Both the position numbers and the translations under genes were made by a program. DNA of 64,000 bases from NCBI RefSeq assembly GCF_018977255.1, contig NW_024704742.1:116500001-116564000 (forward strand). Direction: 5' to 3'. Within the stretch, counting starts at the first letter, position 1, and the number at the start of each line of letters is the position of its first letter. The notes under the pieces were generated by a model that was not told where the DNA came from, did no database searches, and worked only from the letters and a program-made list of their open reading frames with translations. Source of the DNA: Callorhinchus milii (Eukaryota). Below, piece after piece: positions 1-13,789 of this stretch.

Positions 1-262
1 GCAATATTGGCTGGCACAAGCAAAAGAGCAATGTGTGGTCGGAAATAAGGCACCAGGTCAATGTTGTTAATGTGTCCAGTGTATCCAGTATGGCATTAAA
101 TGAACTGAAGGGAAAGGTAAGATGAACAGAACAGAATAATTTACATTGACGTGTTTCTAAGCACTTTGGAGACAGAATCACCTTCACAGTGGGCACATTT
201 ACTTGTCAAGGGCCCTCACATGAGGACCTGGATTAAGCAGCTGGCCTTTAGTAAGCTTGGCA

Positions 263-625
263 TTAGACTTGGAACTCAAGAACATCAAGCTGTCCTTTAA
301 AGGTCCTCCTACTATGCTGAAGGCAAATGTCCGCTATATAGTTGATGAGCGAAATCTGAGACTTCGGGCGACAGCTCCTGGACGTGTTACCTGGAGTCCA
401 AGTTGATGAACACGCGTTCATACATTCAGCACCTGAAATCCACCTTGATTGGCTTGCATAGAGGTAAGCAGCTGTTCCACCAACTGGTGGAAACATCGCT
501 CAAAGGGAAAGGATATGTGCCCGAACTGTGGACAGGAAGATGGCGGCGATGCTCTCACACTTTTCATGCTGAGCTGTGTTGTCCACCAGGAAGCTTGCAG
601 GGAATTCCTGGTACCTAACATCCAC
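263..625 (+). mobile_element. Possible decayed 3' end of a non-LTR retrotransposon ORF2 (C-terminal zinc knuckle)
   Basis: Frame 449..784 contains KDMCPNCGQED...LFMLSC, resembling the CxxC...(H)xxxxC knuckle at the end of LINE RT ORFs; surrounding frames are broken. Confidence 0.3.
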
Positions 626-2736
626 CTAGTGAGGATTCAAACCTGTGATTATCAGATGTCAAATGGCCAACCGGTGACTATCCTCCTTGGAGTGGGGGGA
701 GGTAAATGGGGTCTCTTTGGAGCTGAACTACCCATAAAATATACAGTCAATCCACATCATAGTATATCCTTTGAAGCATTTTGAGACATCTCAATGATGT
801 GATTAGGCGCTATATCAAATGCAAAGATTATTATTATTAATAATAATCCCCCCTATTTCATGCAAACCTAAAACCTTTTAAGTGGTTTGGATGGGACAAC
901 TGTATGTTCAAAAACAGATGCTAAAAACTCACCGGAATTTTGGTTGTGCATAATGGTTGTTTTATCCTTACCATCCCAAATTATATGTCATCTTAGTTTA
1001 CAAGATTAATGCCTCTCATAGAATTTCATTCCCTCTATTTCCTGGAATGCTCTTCCTAAATATTTTCTGATACATCCCCAGAGGTAGTCAAATAAAAAAA
1101 GTCAGAATGTTTGTCCATTCCCACATTTCTACTGTTCTACACTAGACTCCTTTCATCCACAAGCAACATTCCTTCCCCTTTCTCTGAATCCTCTGCCCCA
1201 TCCTCACCACCCCCACCACCCCACCTCTCCCCATCTCAGTAACACAGAAACCATTGTATCCTGTGGAGTATTTATTCATCTCAGTCTGTAACCATTCCTA
1301 TATCTAAAATACTATTTCAAACAGATATTTAGCCCATTATTTTTTTGAAACAGTGAATCATCACGGCATCAGTTAATTTTGCTTTTGTTGTGAATCTGCT
1401 CCATATACCTGACTTCGGAAGTCTGGAGGGGAATTTGGGAAAAGATAAATGCCTCCATAAAGAAATTGAGGCAGTGGTTAGCTAAGCCTATAGACTGAAT
1501 TTGATGCAAATCTGTTGAAGATATCTCAAGTTATTAAAATGACTCTTGAGGGCCAACATGTCAAAAGCAGCCATCTTAAATGTCATTGAAGCACCACTGT
1601 TCTAAGGGATTTATTTAATGGTTAGGCATGCCTGTTCCATATGCTCTTCTTAAAAAAAATTACAACCAAAACTTTCTCTCAATTCAATTCCTCATTGTCA
1701 GGACCACTGCCCCTCTTTATTAAATGCTTCCATAGGGGCAAAGTGCTCTGAAGCCACTTGTTTAAAACCTGTCCCAGCAGAGCACGAAAATCCAACGTTG
1801 ACAGACGCCTGAGTGGGAAAATGAAAGGAACCAAGACCAGTGCTAATGCAGTGAGATGGCACATCAGCTTCTTCTCACCTTTCAAGAATACTCTGTTAAT
1901 ACATTCTGCAGCTTCTGTTGTATTGGTTGTGGTCATTCCTATGTAGTTGCCGATGAAGGCTGCAGGACAAAAGGGTTTAGGGTCACCTTTGATCAGTGGA
2001 GTGCACCTCAACTAAAAAGAAGTTTATAAATGAAACAGAGTTTTCTTTGGGTGAAATTCTTATGCTTAACAAGGTGGAGAATGGAACATTGTTCCATTTT
2101 GGTCACTCCCAGGTCAGGTATAGCACAATCGGATGCAGGGTAGATTCCTTTACTTTGCTTCACATGTTTGAGTGCCAAACAAGTGTGTTATTTTCTCTTC
2201 TCTTCTCTGTATGAGAATCACGCTTGTAGACTTGTTATATTCATTATAATGCACATCAAAGTGTGATGTTTGTAGAACCATTGACAGTGGGAGAGTTTTA
2301 GAATTTATAAGCAATCTATCATTTTACAAAACACTTCCATTGATGAAACATATTATATTGCACACTTAAATTGGCAGGGACAAATAGATTTATAATAGAA
2401 GCATTGAAGTAGGCCATTTAGCCTATCAAGCCTATTTTGGTGCTAGCTCCTCCACTAGAATTAATAAAGAACAATTTAAGACTACTTCAAGTCAAACAAG
2501 GGTCATAGATATATTATTGCGTGGGGTCAGCTCCTAAGGGTTGCAGCAACATTGAAGGGCCCAACAATGCTGCCTGGGAGGCTATTAGAGGATTCTGACT
2601 GGTAATGCATAGAGAAAGGTGATGTAATCAAGAGACTGTGTGTGAGTTTGGCTCAGTTGTTGGCACTCTCACCTCTGAGTCAGAAGGTTGTGGGCTCAAG
2701 TCCCATGTTGGGATTTAGAACTCATATAGTCTACAA

Positions 2737-4898
2737 CAGCAGTGGACAATCACTGGCGGACGTACCACAAGGGCATGCAACACATTTTAAAAAGAATACC
2801 AATAACAGTTACTGGATCCCGCGCTGAAGTAACGTCATTGTTACAGCCCCTCACCCCGAACGCCAACGAGGTCAAGGCCAGCCTTTGAGTCAAGTGTGTT
2901 GAAGTTTAATTGTTTGATCTTGCAAGTGTTTGATTTTTACTCCCAAACATGTCACTTAATAAGCCCCATATGTCAAAAAGAAAATATGATGAGGATGTTG
3001 TGTTAAGAGAGTTTAATCCAGCTTGGGAAGAACAGTTCTTGTTTACACAAGGGAGAACTTCAAAAACAGTGTGCTTGTATTGTGGTGCCACAGTTGCTTT
3101 GCCTAAAAAAACTAATTTAGAGCAACATTTTAAGCAAACACATGCTGAATTCAACACAAAAGATCTTGTTGGGTTGACTTTGCGTACAGATTTTATTTCC
3201 AAAAAAATCAAGCTCTCAGCATAGCACTCTTTTTTTATTAAAAAGAAGGAAATGACATCTATGGTCAAGTCATCCTATGGAATGTCCCTACTACTTGCTC
3301 GAAAGAAAAAAACGTATTTAGACGGGCAAGCAGAAGTAAAGAGAGTCTGTTCATTTTTGCTGCACATACTGATGATCCCAAAATGTAAATAATGGTTGAT
3401 GAAATTGTACTTTCCCGATATGCCATTAATGAGGTGTCTAGTGATGTGTCAAAGCAAATTATATTTTCTATCTCTGTCAGTAAGTAATTTTCATTAGTAC
3501 TGGATGAAAGTTGTGATTCTACTGATACAGCACAGCTCAGTGTCTTTGTGAGGCGTATCAATGAAAATTTTGATATAATTGAGGAACTTCTTGGTTTACG
3601 TCAGCTTGTTTCAACCACGGGAGCAGATATTTTTGAAGAACTAAAAAATTGAACTGAAGACAATAAGCTTGACTGGTCCAAATTAGAGAGTATTTGTACA
3701 GATGGGGCACCTGCTATGACTGGAAAGAGGAATGGTTGTGTTTCTATGTTGATAAAGTTTTGGGATTGCAATTTATTCGAGTAACATTGCATTATTCATC
3801 AGAACACCCATTGCACTTGGAACAGTTAAAAAGTGACAGTGACGTCATCATCAATTTCGAAAAATATCAAAACACGATTTCTTCACTAATTAATTTCTTT
3901 GATGCCCATTTTCAAGATTTTAAAGAAAGCAAAAGTAATTTAGCACTTTTCACCAACCCTTTCTCTCTTTCAGACACCGAGATTGAACATTATCCACCAG
4001 AAATGCAATTGGAAATTTTGGAACTTAAAAATCATTCAACAGCAACAACAACTCGTATTTATATAGCGCCCCACATGCAGGGTAGTGTCCCAGAGCGTTT
4101 AGGCCTACATAGCAAATTCCTAGAGCTGTGTGCTTCTCCAGTAAGTCAGGAGTTGAAGTTGTTTTGGTAATTTGTCCCTAATTTGTGGTGATTTTCCTAA
4201 ATTGGATGACGATGCTCTTTGGTATGTGTGCAGGTTCGGATCAACCTATACCTTTGAGCAGTCCTTTTCCACCATGAACTTCATAAAAAAATAAATACAG
4301 TTCCAAATTAACAGATGATCACCTTAACAATCTTTCTGGTGGTGTGCTCAAAATTGAATCCAGATATTGAAGCTATCATAAACAACAAACAAATTCAGAA
4401 GCCTTATTTTACACTTGTGTTCAAATCCCTTCACTCGTTGGCACCTCCCTACCTCTCCGACCTCCTCACTCGCCAGTCCACCACCCATCGGACTCCTGCT
4501 CGTCCCTCGCACCCTCCGCCCCACCATCAAAGATCGTGCTTTCAGCCACATCCCCCGAAACTCTGGAACACACTCCCTCAATCCCTCCACTATGCCCTCT
4601 TTCAAGTCCTGTCTGAAAACCTTCCTCATCGACCATGCTTACAGACACCTCCCCCCACACCTACCCCGGCTTGGAGTCAGGCTCAGCCACTGTTAAGTAC
4701 TCTGAGACACTACCCGAGCTATATAAGTGCAGGTTGTTGTTGTATTACGTAACTTGTTTGATATTTAATTGTGAATTTCTTAATAAATGCATTTTTATTT
4801 TCCAGTAATATTTTTCTTTTCAATTTTTTTTTAGTGGTATGGTGATATGTCTTGGGCTCACACTATGGCTCACTTTAGCTAAAGGTTGGCCACCACTG
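2737..4898 (+). mobile_element. Degenerate hAT DNA transposon (Charlie/Buster, SPIN/OC1/GTF2IRD2-like transposase), internally deleted
   Basis: Imperfect 15-bp TIRs CAGCAGTGGACAATC (2737-2751) and reverse complement CAGTGGTGGCCAACC (4884-4898); 8-bp TSD GTCTACAA (2729-2736) / GTCTAAAA (4899-4906); broken transposase pieces: zinc finger CLYC...HFKQTH, FSLVLDESCDSTDTAQL, ICTDGAPAMTGK, HCIIHQ, FGSTYTFEQSFSTM. Confidence 0.9.
4411..4745 (+). mobile_element. L2 LINE 3' fragment nested in the hAT element
   Basis: TLVFKSLHSLAPPYLSDLL...PKLWNTLP L2 ORF2 C-terminal motifs; (ttg)n tail. Confidence 0.75.
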
Positions 4899-5499
4899 GT
4901 CTAAAATGACACTCCATAGCACTGCTGCATTATGCATGAGACATTAATCCAAGGTCCCATCTGTCTTTTCAGGTGGACGTTAAAGATCCCATAGCACTAG
5001 TCAAAAAGAGAAGGGAATTTCTCCTGGCCAACAATCCCCCAAATAAAATTGGTCACTCACTCCATTGCTGTTTGTGGGACATGGTTGTGCACAAATTCAC
5101 CCACAAAAACACAGTTTACAAATGCTGTGAAGTGTTTTGTGATGTCCTCCTGAGGTGAAAGGTAATACATCAAATGCAAGGATTATTATTAAGATTATTA
5201 CCTTGCACGTGCCATACGATTAAGCACAAGCTCCCGAACACTTAATGTGTCTAAACCAAATATGCTCCAGTAAAATTGGTCATCCACATCATGAAGTTTT
5301 GTGGGATGTTACGGAGTGTAAATTGGCTGCTGTGTTTGCCTAAAAATACACAGTTGCGATACTTCACAGTACATCCTGTAAAGCACTTTGAGATATTTTG
5401 ACAATGTGGTAAGAAGCTACATTATTTTGTTTTATAGAAAATGCTCAAATGTTTTATGTACATAATAACAGTGTATGTTCGCAAGGAACTTAGGACCAT

Positions 5500-5670
5500 T
5501 ATGGCTATAGAAAGCAACTACAGTGCATGGATAAGGGATATTGAATGGATTTAGTATACCTTGATGTTCATAAAGCATTCCAGATTCTCCATCTGAGGCT
5601 TATCACAAGGTCAGACATGAGGAATTCAAAGTATATTAGTTGTCTGAATTAAAATGGCCTGGATGAGGTA
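5500..5670 (+). mobile_element. Decayed CR1-like RT fragment
   Basis: gatttagtataccttgatgttcataaagcattc reads DLVYLDVHKAF, like the CR1 DVVYLDFxKAFD motif. Confidence 0.45.
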
Positions 5671-5691
5671 GATAAGGAGGATATTTCACTT

Positions 5692-6195
5692 AACAACAAC
5701 AAGATTACATTTGTATAGTGTCTTTCACGTAGGGAGGCCATCCCAAGGTGCTGGACAGAGTACAGCATTTCAGAACCAAGCTGGGGTTGGGGGGGGGGGG
5801 GGGAGAAGGAAGGGGAGAGGAAGGGGGGTGGCCGATGGTATGGTCAAAGAGGAGGGTCTTGAGGCGGGACTTGAAGGAGGCTAAGGAGGGGACGAGGCGG
5901 AGGGAATTCCAGAGCTGGCTGAAGACTCTCCCGCCAATGGTGGTGCGGGTGGGTCGGGGGACATGGAGTAGGCCAGTCGGCTGAGCGGAAGGAACGGGCG
6001 GGGTGGTAGGGGGTTAGGAGGTCACAGAGGTAGGGTGGGGCAAGGCCATGGAGGGCTATGTGAGGACCAGGATCTTGAAATGGATCCTCTGAAGGATAGG
6101 GAGCCAATGGAGTTGGGCAAGACTGGGAGAGATGGGATCACGGAGTTTGGTGCGGGAGAGGACACGAGCTGCAGAGTTCTGGATTATCTGCAGCC
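5692..6195 (-). mobile_element. L2 LINE 3' fragment
   Basis: Minus strand encodes ...LHGLAPPYLCDLLTPY...; (caa)n tail at the left end; near-identical to other L2 copies in the window. Confidence 0.85.
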
Positions 6196-6949
6196 GTGAG
6201 AGCAAAAGTACAGGTTAAACAAGAAGATATTTTCCTCCACAAGATAGAGGATGTGTGGAATGGTCTTCCAACAAAAGCAATGAATGCTGTATTAAGCCCT
6301 TAAAAAAAGAACCAGACATTCATTCTGTGTGAAATATACCAATGTGAAGGCAAAGTGTTGTTGGATTAGTGTCACCCTGAGAACTGTATTGGACGATACA
6401 AGCAAAGCAGCAGATTGAGATGAACAAATGTATGTTCCATAGGACACATTGATTTCTCTGTTCCTGGAAAGGGGGAGGGAATATTGACCATATGTTAACC
6501 AGAGAATTAGCATATATTTGCACAGAGCAATTCTGGGGATGGATGAATATTACACATTTTTTCTTTGATTGACATTGGTCTTTTGGGAATCTTTATATAG
6601 AGCGTTAGCAGATTATAAACCCATAATTTTCAATGAATCAGTCTTGATTGTGTATTTTATGCATATTGATGGTCGCTGAATAATAATTATTTTCCTTTCT
6701 ACTATTCAAAATATATTATCATAATGAAGAAAGGTATTATGGCACTTGATCCTTATTTAAAAGGAGATCAGAGGTCTTGCCACGAAACCCCCTCCCCTCC
6801 CCCACAGATTACCATCACTCCCGAGATAAAGATTTTGGTTGCTAAGGTGACAGAACAGGAAAAAAAGGAAACTTTGCACAGCTTTGGTTCACTAGCACCA
6901 AAGGTTGCTGCTGGTTACAAAGGGATAGTTAAAGAATTATAATTATGTA

Positions 6950-9900
6950 ACACTGCCTGGATGTTTATTATTTCAAGTGAAATCTGCATGGAGTTAACAA
7001 AATGACCAGAATTGTTTGAAAACAAAAAATAACAAGAGAACAAGCACTGTCAAATAGATAAAAGGACCAGCTAAGCGGCTGTAACACTATCTCTTCCCTT
7101 CCCCCCACACTAAAATGCCACCGAATCCATATGCCGCATTAAATAATTCAACTTGGACCATTATACAGAGAAACAGCAGCATATTTTAATGCATTTGATT
7201 TCACGTTAAAAAAAAAATCACTTTTACAAAAACGTCACATTCCAGTAGTAAAAAAAACGCTTACAGTAAATTTTGCACTGACAATTTTTTTTTGCAACAC
7301 ATCACATCGAGTTTTGTTGGAGTAGACATTATTCATCTCTAATCACTCCCCATTCAGACAGGTGTCAGCTCTCCTGAAAAGGCCCGCACACAATTACACT
7401 GGAAATAGAAGGGTACGCTTTGTTATGTGTTACTATGGTGATCGGTGGACAAAATAGGAAGAACCTCCTTGTCTTACGCCGACTTTTGTGTGTGCACTCT
7501 GCTGTGAACTGTATTCTGTTCAAACTGTGCTATGTTTTGAGGATCTGGAATGGTCAAACAGCAAGCGACAATTCCCACATCAATTCAAAGAGCAGGAATC
7601 ACCAAAGTTCCCTGCAGGTCCTGAGGCCCACCCTGCTTTCACTTGCCTTCCCCCTACCAATTATTTAAGGGTCTGTAGTCACTTGAATAAATTACTAAGA
7701 CCCTCTGATAGCCCCACTTCAGCAGCCAAAACATTCCATAATCTATTTATTCCCCTGTATCGTTTGTTGAAATAATGCTATTGTATGGTTTACAAAGGCT
7801 GCTTTCCAATTGTGTTTGTTTTTCAAGCAGAGGAGCACTGAAATATTCATCTTCTGGATGAAAAAGATAAACACACAACAATGGTTCCTATATTATTTTT
7901 TCACTTACGTTTCTAAGAGTACTTAACCAATTGCATTCACTCCATTTTGCACCACGCCAGCAAAGTTGCATTACCCATGAATGCATTGAGTTTGAAATGT
8001 TTGTGCTCATGGATCTTGAGCATTTCTCCAAATCCAAATCACCTTTTGTCACAAGCATTTCTTCAAAAAGAAAGTTTTCTGAGCTATGGTGTGGTAATGA
8101 CTCATAGGTTAGCCCCACTCCTAACCTAACCCAGATGTTAGTGAAGGTTATGATCAGGATTTCAGACACCGGGCTGAAATTAACATGTAAATTGCTGGAA
8201 TAGGAAAACTGGCTATTACAAGCAAGCAAAAAGAAAATTTCACAAGGTTTAGTCGAAATTTTGAAGCTATATTTTGATGCCTTCTATATTTCCTGTCTAA
8301 ACTGCACATATCAGGTAAAGTTATCCTTGTTAAGATTCATAAGATAAACTGGCAGTAGCTCTGATTATTTTCTCTGGTAGCAAATACAAGAGGATTGTAA
8401 AGGGCTGCAGGAAGAAATTACTTAGATGGGATTGAGTAATAATAATAATAATCCTTGCATTTGATATAACGCTTTTCACGTCGGGAGGATGTCCCAAAGC
8501 GCTTCACAGAACACACTGTAAAGTGAATTGACTGTATATTTGTGGGCGAATGCGGCAGCCAATTGCGCACAGCAATGTCCTACAAACAGTCGTAGATTGA
8601 AAATGACCAATTTATTATTGTTTTGTTTCGGAGGGATTATTATTAGGCTCTGTGTGGAGTAAGGAAACTTGCCCAAGGTCTCGCCCTGCCTGGAATTGAA
8701 CTCAGGTCTCTCACTTGCAAAGCGAGTGCTCTAATCACTGAGCTACAGGACTCCACAGGACTTAGAAATGTGTACATGCTCATAGATACTATTGATGTGT
8801 TAAACAGTGTGGGGAATAGTTGGGAGGTTAGTAACATGCTGGAAATGACACCAAGTAACCTGGAGTGTTACAGGCCTGAGAAAGTGACCTCAGTGGCTTC
8901 TTCCAGGGTCTGTGTAATTTAAGAATATGTTTCTGTACCCTTCCATTTCCGATTAGAAGCCCTCCCCAACCCCACCTCCCACCCTCCTATTCATTGCAAC
9001 TTTACAACTTAATGTGACAGAGAACGGACACAATACCCAATCCTCCTTCCCCGCCCGCCTAACAATTGTGCAAATAGTTTTCCACTTAAAAAACTTTAAT
9101 ATGAAAAAGACATTTACTTGTCATTCCAACGTGCGAGTCGTATAACTGAGCAATAAATACCTATTCTACAATTTACAAAAAAACAGACATAAATAAAATT
9201 CATACAAAATCAATATCGCTGACTCTTGGGCCATTCATTTTCTTTTAATAAAATTGACCTTTAAAGATGTTGTTCCATTTTTGATGTCGACTCCTGGCTC
9301 TAGGGCCTGAAGGATTTTGCTGCTTTAAAGCATGGAGCTCCTGAAACAGGATAATAGCTGCCCTCAGCACAGTCACAGCTACCATGTCCAATGTCCACAG
9401 CTCCATCCGCAAAAGGTTCGTCAGATAGAGCTGTATGTCCGCCCGGGCTGACATCAACACCTCAGAATCTGCCTGCTTGCTCGCAGCTGTTGTTGACACT
9501 TCAAATGTCACAATACGAGGTGACAACTATTTCAAATTTCACACACAAATGTTGGAGTCAATGAAAAGTGAGAACAATGTGGAGATGAGGTGATGATGAG
9601 TCGTTTTTCTTCTACTTTTGTGGCGTTGATGAAGACCGACTACTATTTCACTATTAACTATCACTGGTGACCATCATCTACAAGTTGCTTCCTAAAGTGA
9701 ACAGATTTTCATCATGCCGGTGTTGTGTTGGTTGCTGAACCAAGCAATGTTACCTCGGCGAAGGATTTGTTTTATTTTTCTTCATTTAAGTTGTATTTCT
9801 TCACAGTATAGGGAATCTTCATATCGGCCGACACAGAATTCTATTAAAGAAAGAAACAAGTTCATGTTTAGACGCCGTTTCCAATTCAACAACTAGCTAT

Positions 9901-9950
9901 TTATTCCAGCAAAATAACACAAAGCTGTGTTGCCCAGGGACACAGTAACA
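6950..9950 (-). other. ENC1: Putative ENC1 terminal (3' UTR) exon
   Basis: Lies downstream of the post-stop donor at 14169; U-rich UTR-like blocks on the minus strand near 7180-7310 and 9090-9210; AATAAA on the minus strand at 6964-6969. The acceptor is not pinned down (tttgcag candidates at 9952-9958 and 9964-9970). Confidence 0.4.
8437..8756 (-). mobile_element. Young tRNA-derived SINE with L2-like 3' tail
   Basis: Minus strand begins GTGGAGTCCTGTAGCTCAGTG (A box) then GAGTTCAATTCC (B box); ends in (tta)n; highly similar to copies at 24840, 38384 and 45058. Confidence 0.85.
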
Positions 9951-12900
9951 ACTGCAAATTTTACTGCAAATTGTCCCAAAGCCCTGGGACATCTTTCCGA
10001 CGTGAAGGGAGCTATGCAAGTGTAATTTGTTGTTGTTGTTGCATAAAATCCACACCCCATTTTAGAGTTATATTATGGTTGCTTGAGTTAGATGTGGACA
10101 GTCTCACAGTGAACAGTATGTACTGTTCAGTGAAGATGTATCCTTCCTCAGGATCATTGTATTATAACTTGTGCTGTACTGATCCACACAATTACAAGCT
10201 GCCACCAAAACATGATCTTCACAGTTCCGCCATCAATTCCGCCCATTTAGTTAACTTTGTATGAAGTGAATCATAATAGTAATAATCATCCTTACATTTG
10301 ACATTACATTGGGTAGCTGTCTCAAAGCTATCAGCGGGAGGCACTGTAAAAGTGGAGTGACTGTGTGTTTTGTGGGCAAATGTCAAACAACACCAAATAC
10401 AAGTCGTGGACATAGCTCTTGAAAAGCTTTACCGATGATAAACTATGTGCATTCACACCTCTGTGTCAATGAACTAAATTTGACAGGAAAAAAATTGAAT
10501 GATTTCAGTATTTGTAGATTATTCTTGCATCCTGAAGCACTGCTCCTCCTTTGTCTAAAAAGACTATCTAGGTTGCTATTTATAACCATAGGATCAAGCA
10601 TATAATGAAATGGCCATTGCGTTCAAATGTCATTGTGTTCCCTGGTGCAATCCTTGCCACTTGAATACATTACCAAGTGCAGCCAAGTTTAGCTTCTGTT
10701 GATCGATGGATATGCACACACACATATGGCCATAAAGGTTTCCCTAACAAATATCCACTGTGTGGTAGGGTTCAGACGTTAGTTCAGCCTCTTCCAATGG
10801 CAATAAACATGATTTATTGGCATTGGCAAGTGTTGGCTATTATATTCAAAGGATGGAAAGAGCGAATCTCAATTAGCAAGGGATTTCCCGTTCTCCCTCT
10901 CTCTCCACCCATTCCTCCCTCCCACACACACAAACACACCGTCCACTCCACTCTGAAATGTGAACAAAGCTATGTAGTTCTTAGACATAAAGAAGACTAA
11001 GAAAAGGTTTTGCTACTTTGATAAGTTACAGAAACTATGTACTGTATTACAGGGTTCAGGGTTACATTCCTTATATTACTGTTCAGTCTCTAAATTAAAT
11101 TGTGAATCTAAAATCAAAGGAAAGCCAGATTGCCGCGAAATAATAACATCTCTAGGCTTTTATGTTTATTAAAACAAAAGCTGTGTGGCAGGAAACCTTA
11201 AAACATTGAGCTGCTGAGCAAGAATAAGTGAAAATTTACAGAAAAGTTCAGCAATAGTGTTACCATCAGCTGCTACAACCTCAAATGAAAGCTATTACAT
11301 AATGGTGTTCCAGTGATTTGGGAGATTATAAAAAGGAATGTATGAGGCCCCAATGCTCTCTGACCACTTCTGTCCTAACTTTGCAGTATAAAATTAATTG
11401 AGAACTCAACGTTCAAATTGTGTTTTCAACCAGCTATTAAACATAAAGCAAAAATAACACATCAGTAAAAGAAACATTATTTCACACTGAATAGCCCTTT
11501 TCTACACTTTAAAATTCTATTGCTCAAATATACCATAATTACACTGAGCTGGTAACAGAGGGCACTCTGGTTTGAAATACAAGATAAAATATTTTGGTTG
11601 CACCAGAGTTCCTTAATACACTGCAAATAAAATTGAGTTTTAGAATTAAACAGTGTATTCAGTTTCAGCCTGAATGCTATCCAATGGGTTTCCCTATGTT
11701 TAGAGGGTAGGTGGCTGCATTCGAGGCTGTTTGCCCTGAAAAGGTCACGGAAGAGAAAGCAAGAAGCCAACTGTGATTTCCATCAGCTTTTAGCTGCAAA
11801 TCTCTTTTAGCAATTTGGTAGTCCTTCCCCACCCACTCTTTCTCAGCACTAAGGACAATAGACAGTTGATTTGACTTCAAAATCAGTCCGTTACTGATCC
11901 TCTATTCCTCTCTACCTCAGCCTTGTCATTAAAAACCAGTCAGCATGGCATTTCTAGAAAGGATTAGGTCGTAAAATCAGGAATGGGAGATTAATATCAC
12001 TTTAACCTTCCACAGCATTGCTCACATGGACGAATAAAAGGATACTGCAAATTTAATGCAGGAAATGTTATGCCTTTCATTGCTTTACTCGACTTTCTTT
12101 TCATAACTCACTGGCTGCTCGCCAGCATTATGACAGAATTATGCCAGGCTAAATAAATCACTCTGAAAGGGATGTCCCCAAGATTACTTAAAACTGCTGT
12201 TTACACGTAGGTAATTTGGCTGATTTTGGGGGGGGGAATTATCCAAATCTTACAGTGATACTATCTCCATTACAAGTGTATTATTTGATATTGTTTTCAA
12301 ACAATATTTTGTAGTCATAATATCTGCAAGCTAAAGGATATAAAATCTCTCCGTTCCAATGCAAATATGTGTCAGCTAGAAACAAATGTTGGCTGTAAAT
12401 TGAGCAGTGTTACTGCCTGGATTAGTATTAAATAACTATAAGCAGGGCTAAACACAATCTACCTATACAAATTCTGGTTTCTGTGCTGCTTCTTGCATAG
12501 GTTGTACAGTACTTTGAAAAATGTCATTGACGCACTTTGGGAAAACCCCGAAATTCCACTTATTAAGTAAGAATAAGGCCATTTTGTGTGTCTTAAAAGT
12601 TAATGTTTGTGGAATTCTTAAACTCAGTCGAATTTGGAAGCTTTCAAATAAAGTCTTCCAGGCTGTGAAATTTTAGATGCTTTGTCCTTGGAATGATTCT
12701 TCCATTTCAGCTAATGACTGAACTTCTGCATCTCATCAGGTTGCAATAAATCATTTACAATTTTCTTTTTATGTTTTCAGTTAACCTCTTGTAATGGTTT
12801 CTTACTTTCTCTTTATTTTAGGTCTCTCGTGCTTTCCCCATTAACTGAATTGCATGAACGTTAACCTAACTGAGTGCAAGCAGCCTTCTCAACACATGTC

Positions 12901-13789
12901 ACCAACCACTGTAGGTTATGTGACCAGTAGCCCAGGGTGACTGACTTGATTTTCTTCTCCTCCCTCTGGGAGATATCTGGCCACTGCTTGGTGGCAATCC
13001 TGAAGACATGGCTCAAATCCGCAATGAATGGAGAATTTGAATATGCAAAGTCACATCCTACAATGCAACTGGAAGAGTTCTGTAGCTTCTATCAGCCACA
13101 CTGTTTCATCAAGTCACTGAAACATCCTGAGTACTTCAGTCAGTTGAGCACTTGTTAAGAAATCAGAAGATTCTTCGTTCAAAACCCCTGGGTCCACTTA
13201 GCCTTCCAATGTGTTAATAAAATAAGTATCGTATGTAAAAATAAATATCTCTGAGGAGACACGTTAGTAATTCAAGACATTGATGAGACTTACAAGATGA
13301 AGACTATTAACTCTGTGAGTCTAAGTTTTAACAGGAGGTTGTGTTAGCCAAAGAAGAAAACAACAATAACAACTTGCATTTATGTAGTGCACTTCACTCC
13401 AAAAGGCATCTCGGAGCGCTTGAAATAGAGCCAAATTAAATGTTAAGTGATTTCTAAATCATAGAGTTGATCGATGAGTTTTCATGTGCCAATTACCTTT
13501 ACTGTAACGTTTCTTTTTGTCAGCCAGGTGTCAGACACAGAAACCCATCACCATGCTTCAGAGCGTGTGAACCAGAGTTTCACATGTATGCCTTTGTATG
13601 GAAATTTATGTGCTGTAACATTCTGTGATTCTGTGATTCTGAGAATTTCTTCACAAATCAGAAATGTGAATTCTAACATTACTGAAGTTGCTGTTTGTTT
13701 CCTTTTCCTACAAAACCTTTTTTTAATCTTATGGGATTTATTTCTCTCTAAGGATTACAATTTTAACATGGATCTAATGCATTTGGCCA

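Larger units (their letters stand above)
2638..5200 (+). mobile_element. Old tRNA-derived Deu-type SINE split by the hAT insertion (5' part 2638-2728, 3' part 4907-5200)
   Basis: tRNA-like head (ggctcagttgttggcactctcacctctgagtcagaaggttgtgggctcaagtccc) left of the transposon; Deu-domain-like gagacattaatccaaggtcccatctgtc...caggtggacgttaaagatccc and an L2-like tail ending in (att)n right of it. Confidence 0.7.

Noticed and set aside
1679..2011. 110-aa minus-strand ORF with an acceptor-like tttttag at its start and an internal GTGAG
   Set aside because: No recognisable protein family and no partner exons; splice-like motifs occur by chance.
9245..9526. 93-aa minus-strand ORF
   Set aside because: Non-ATG start, no homology recognised, lies in the probable ENC1 3' UTR.
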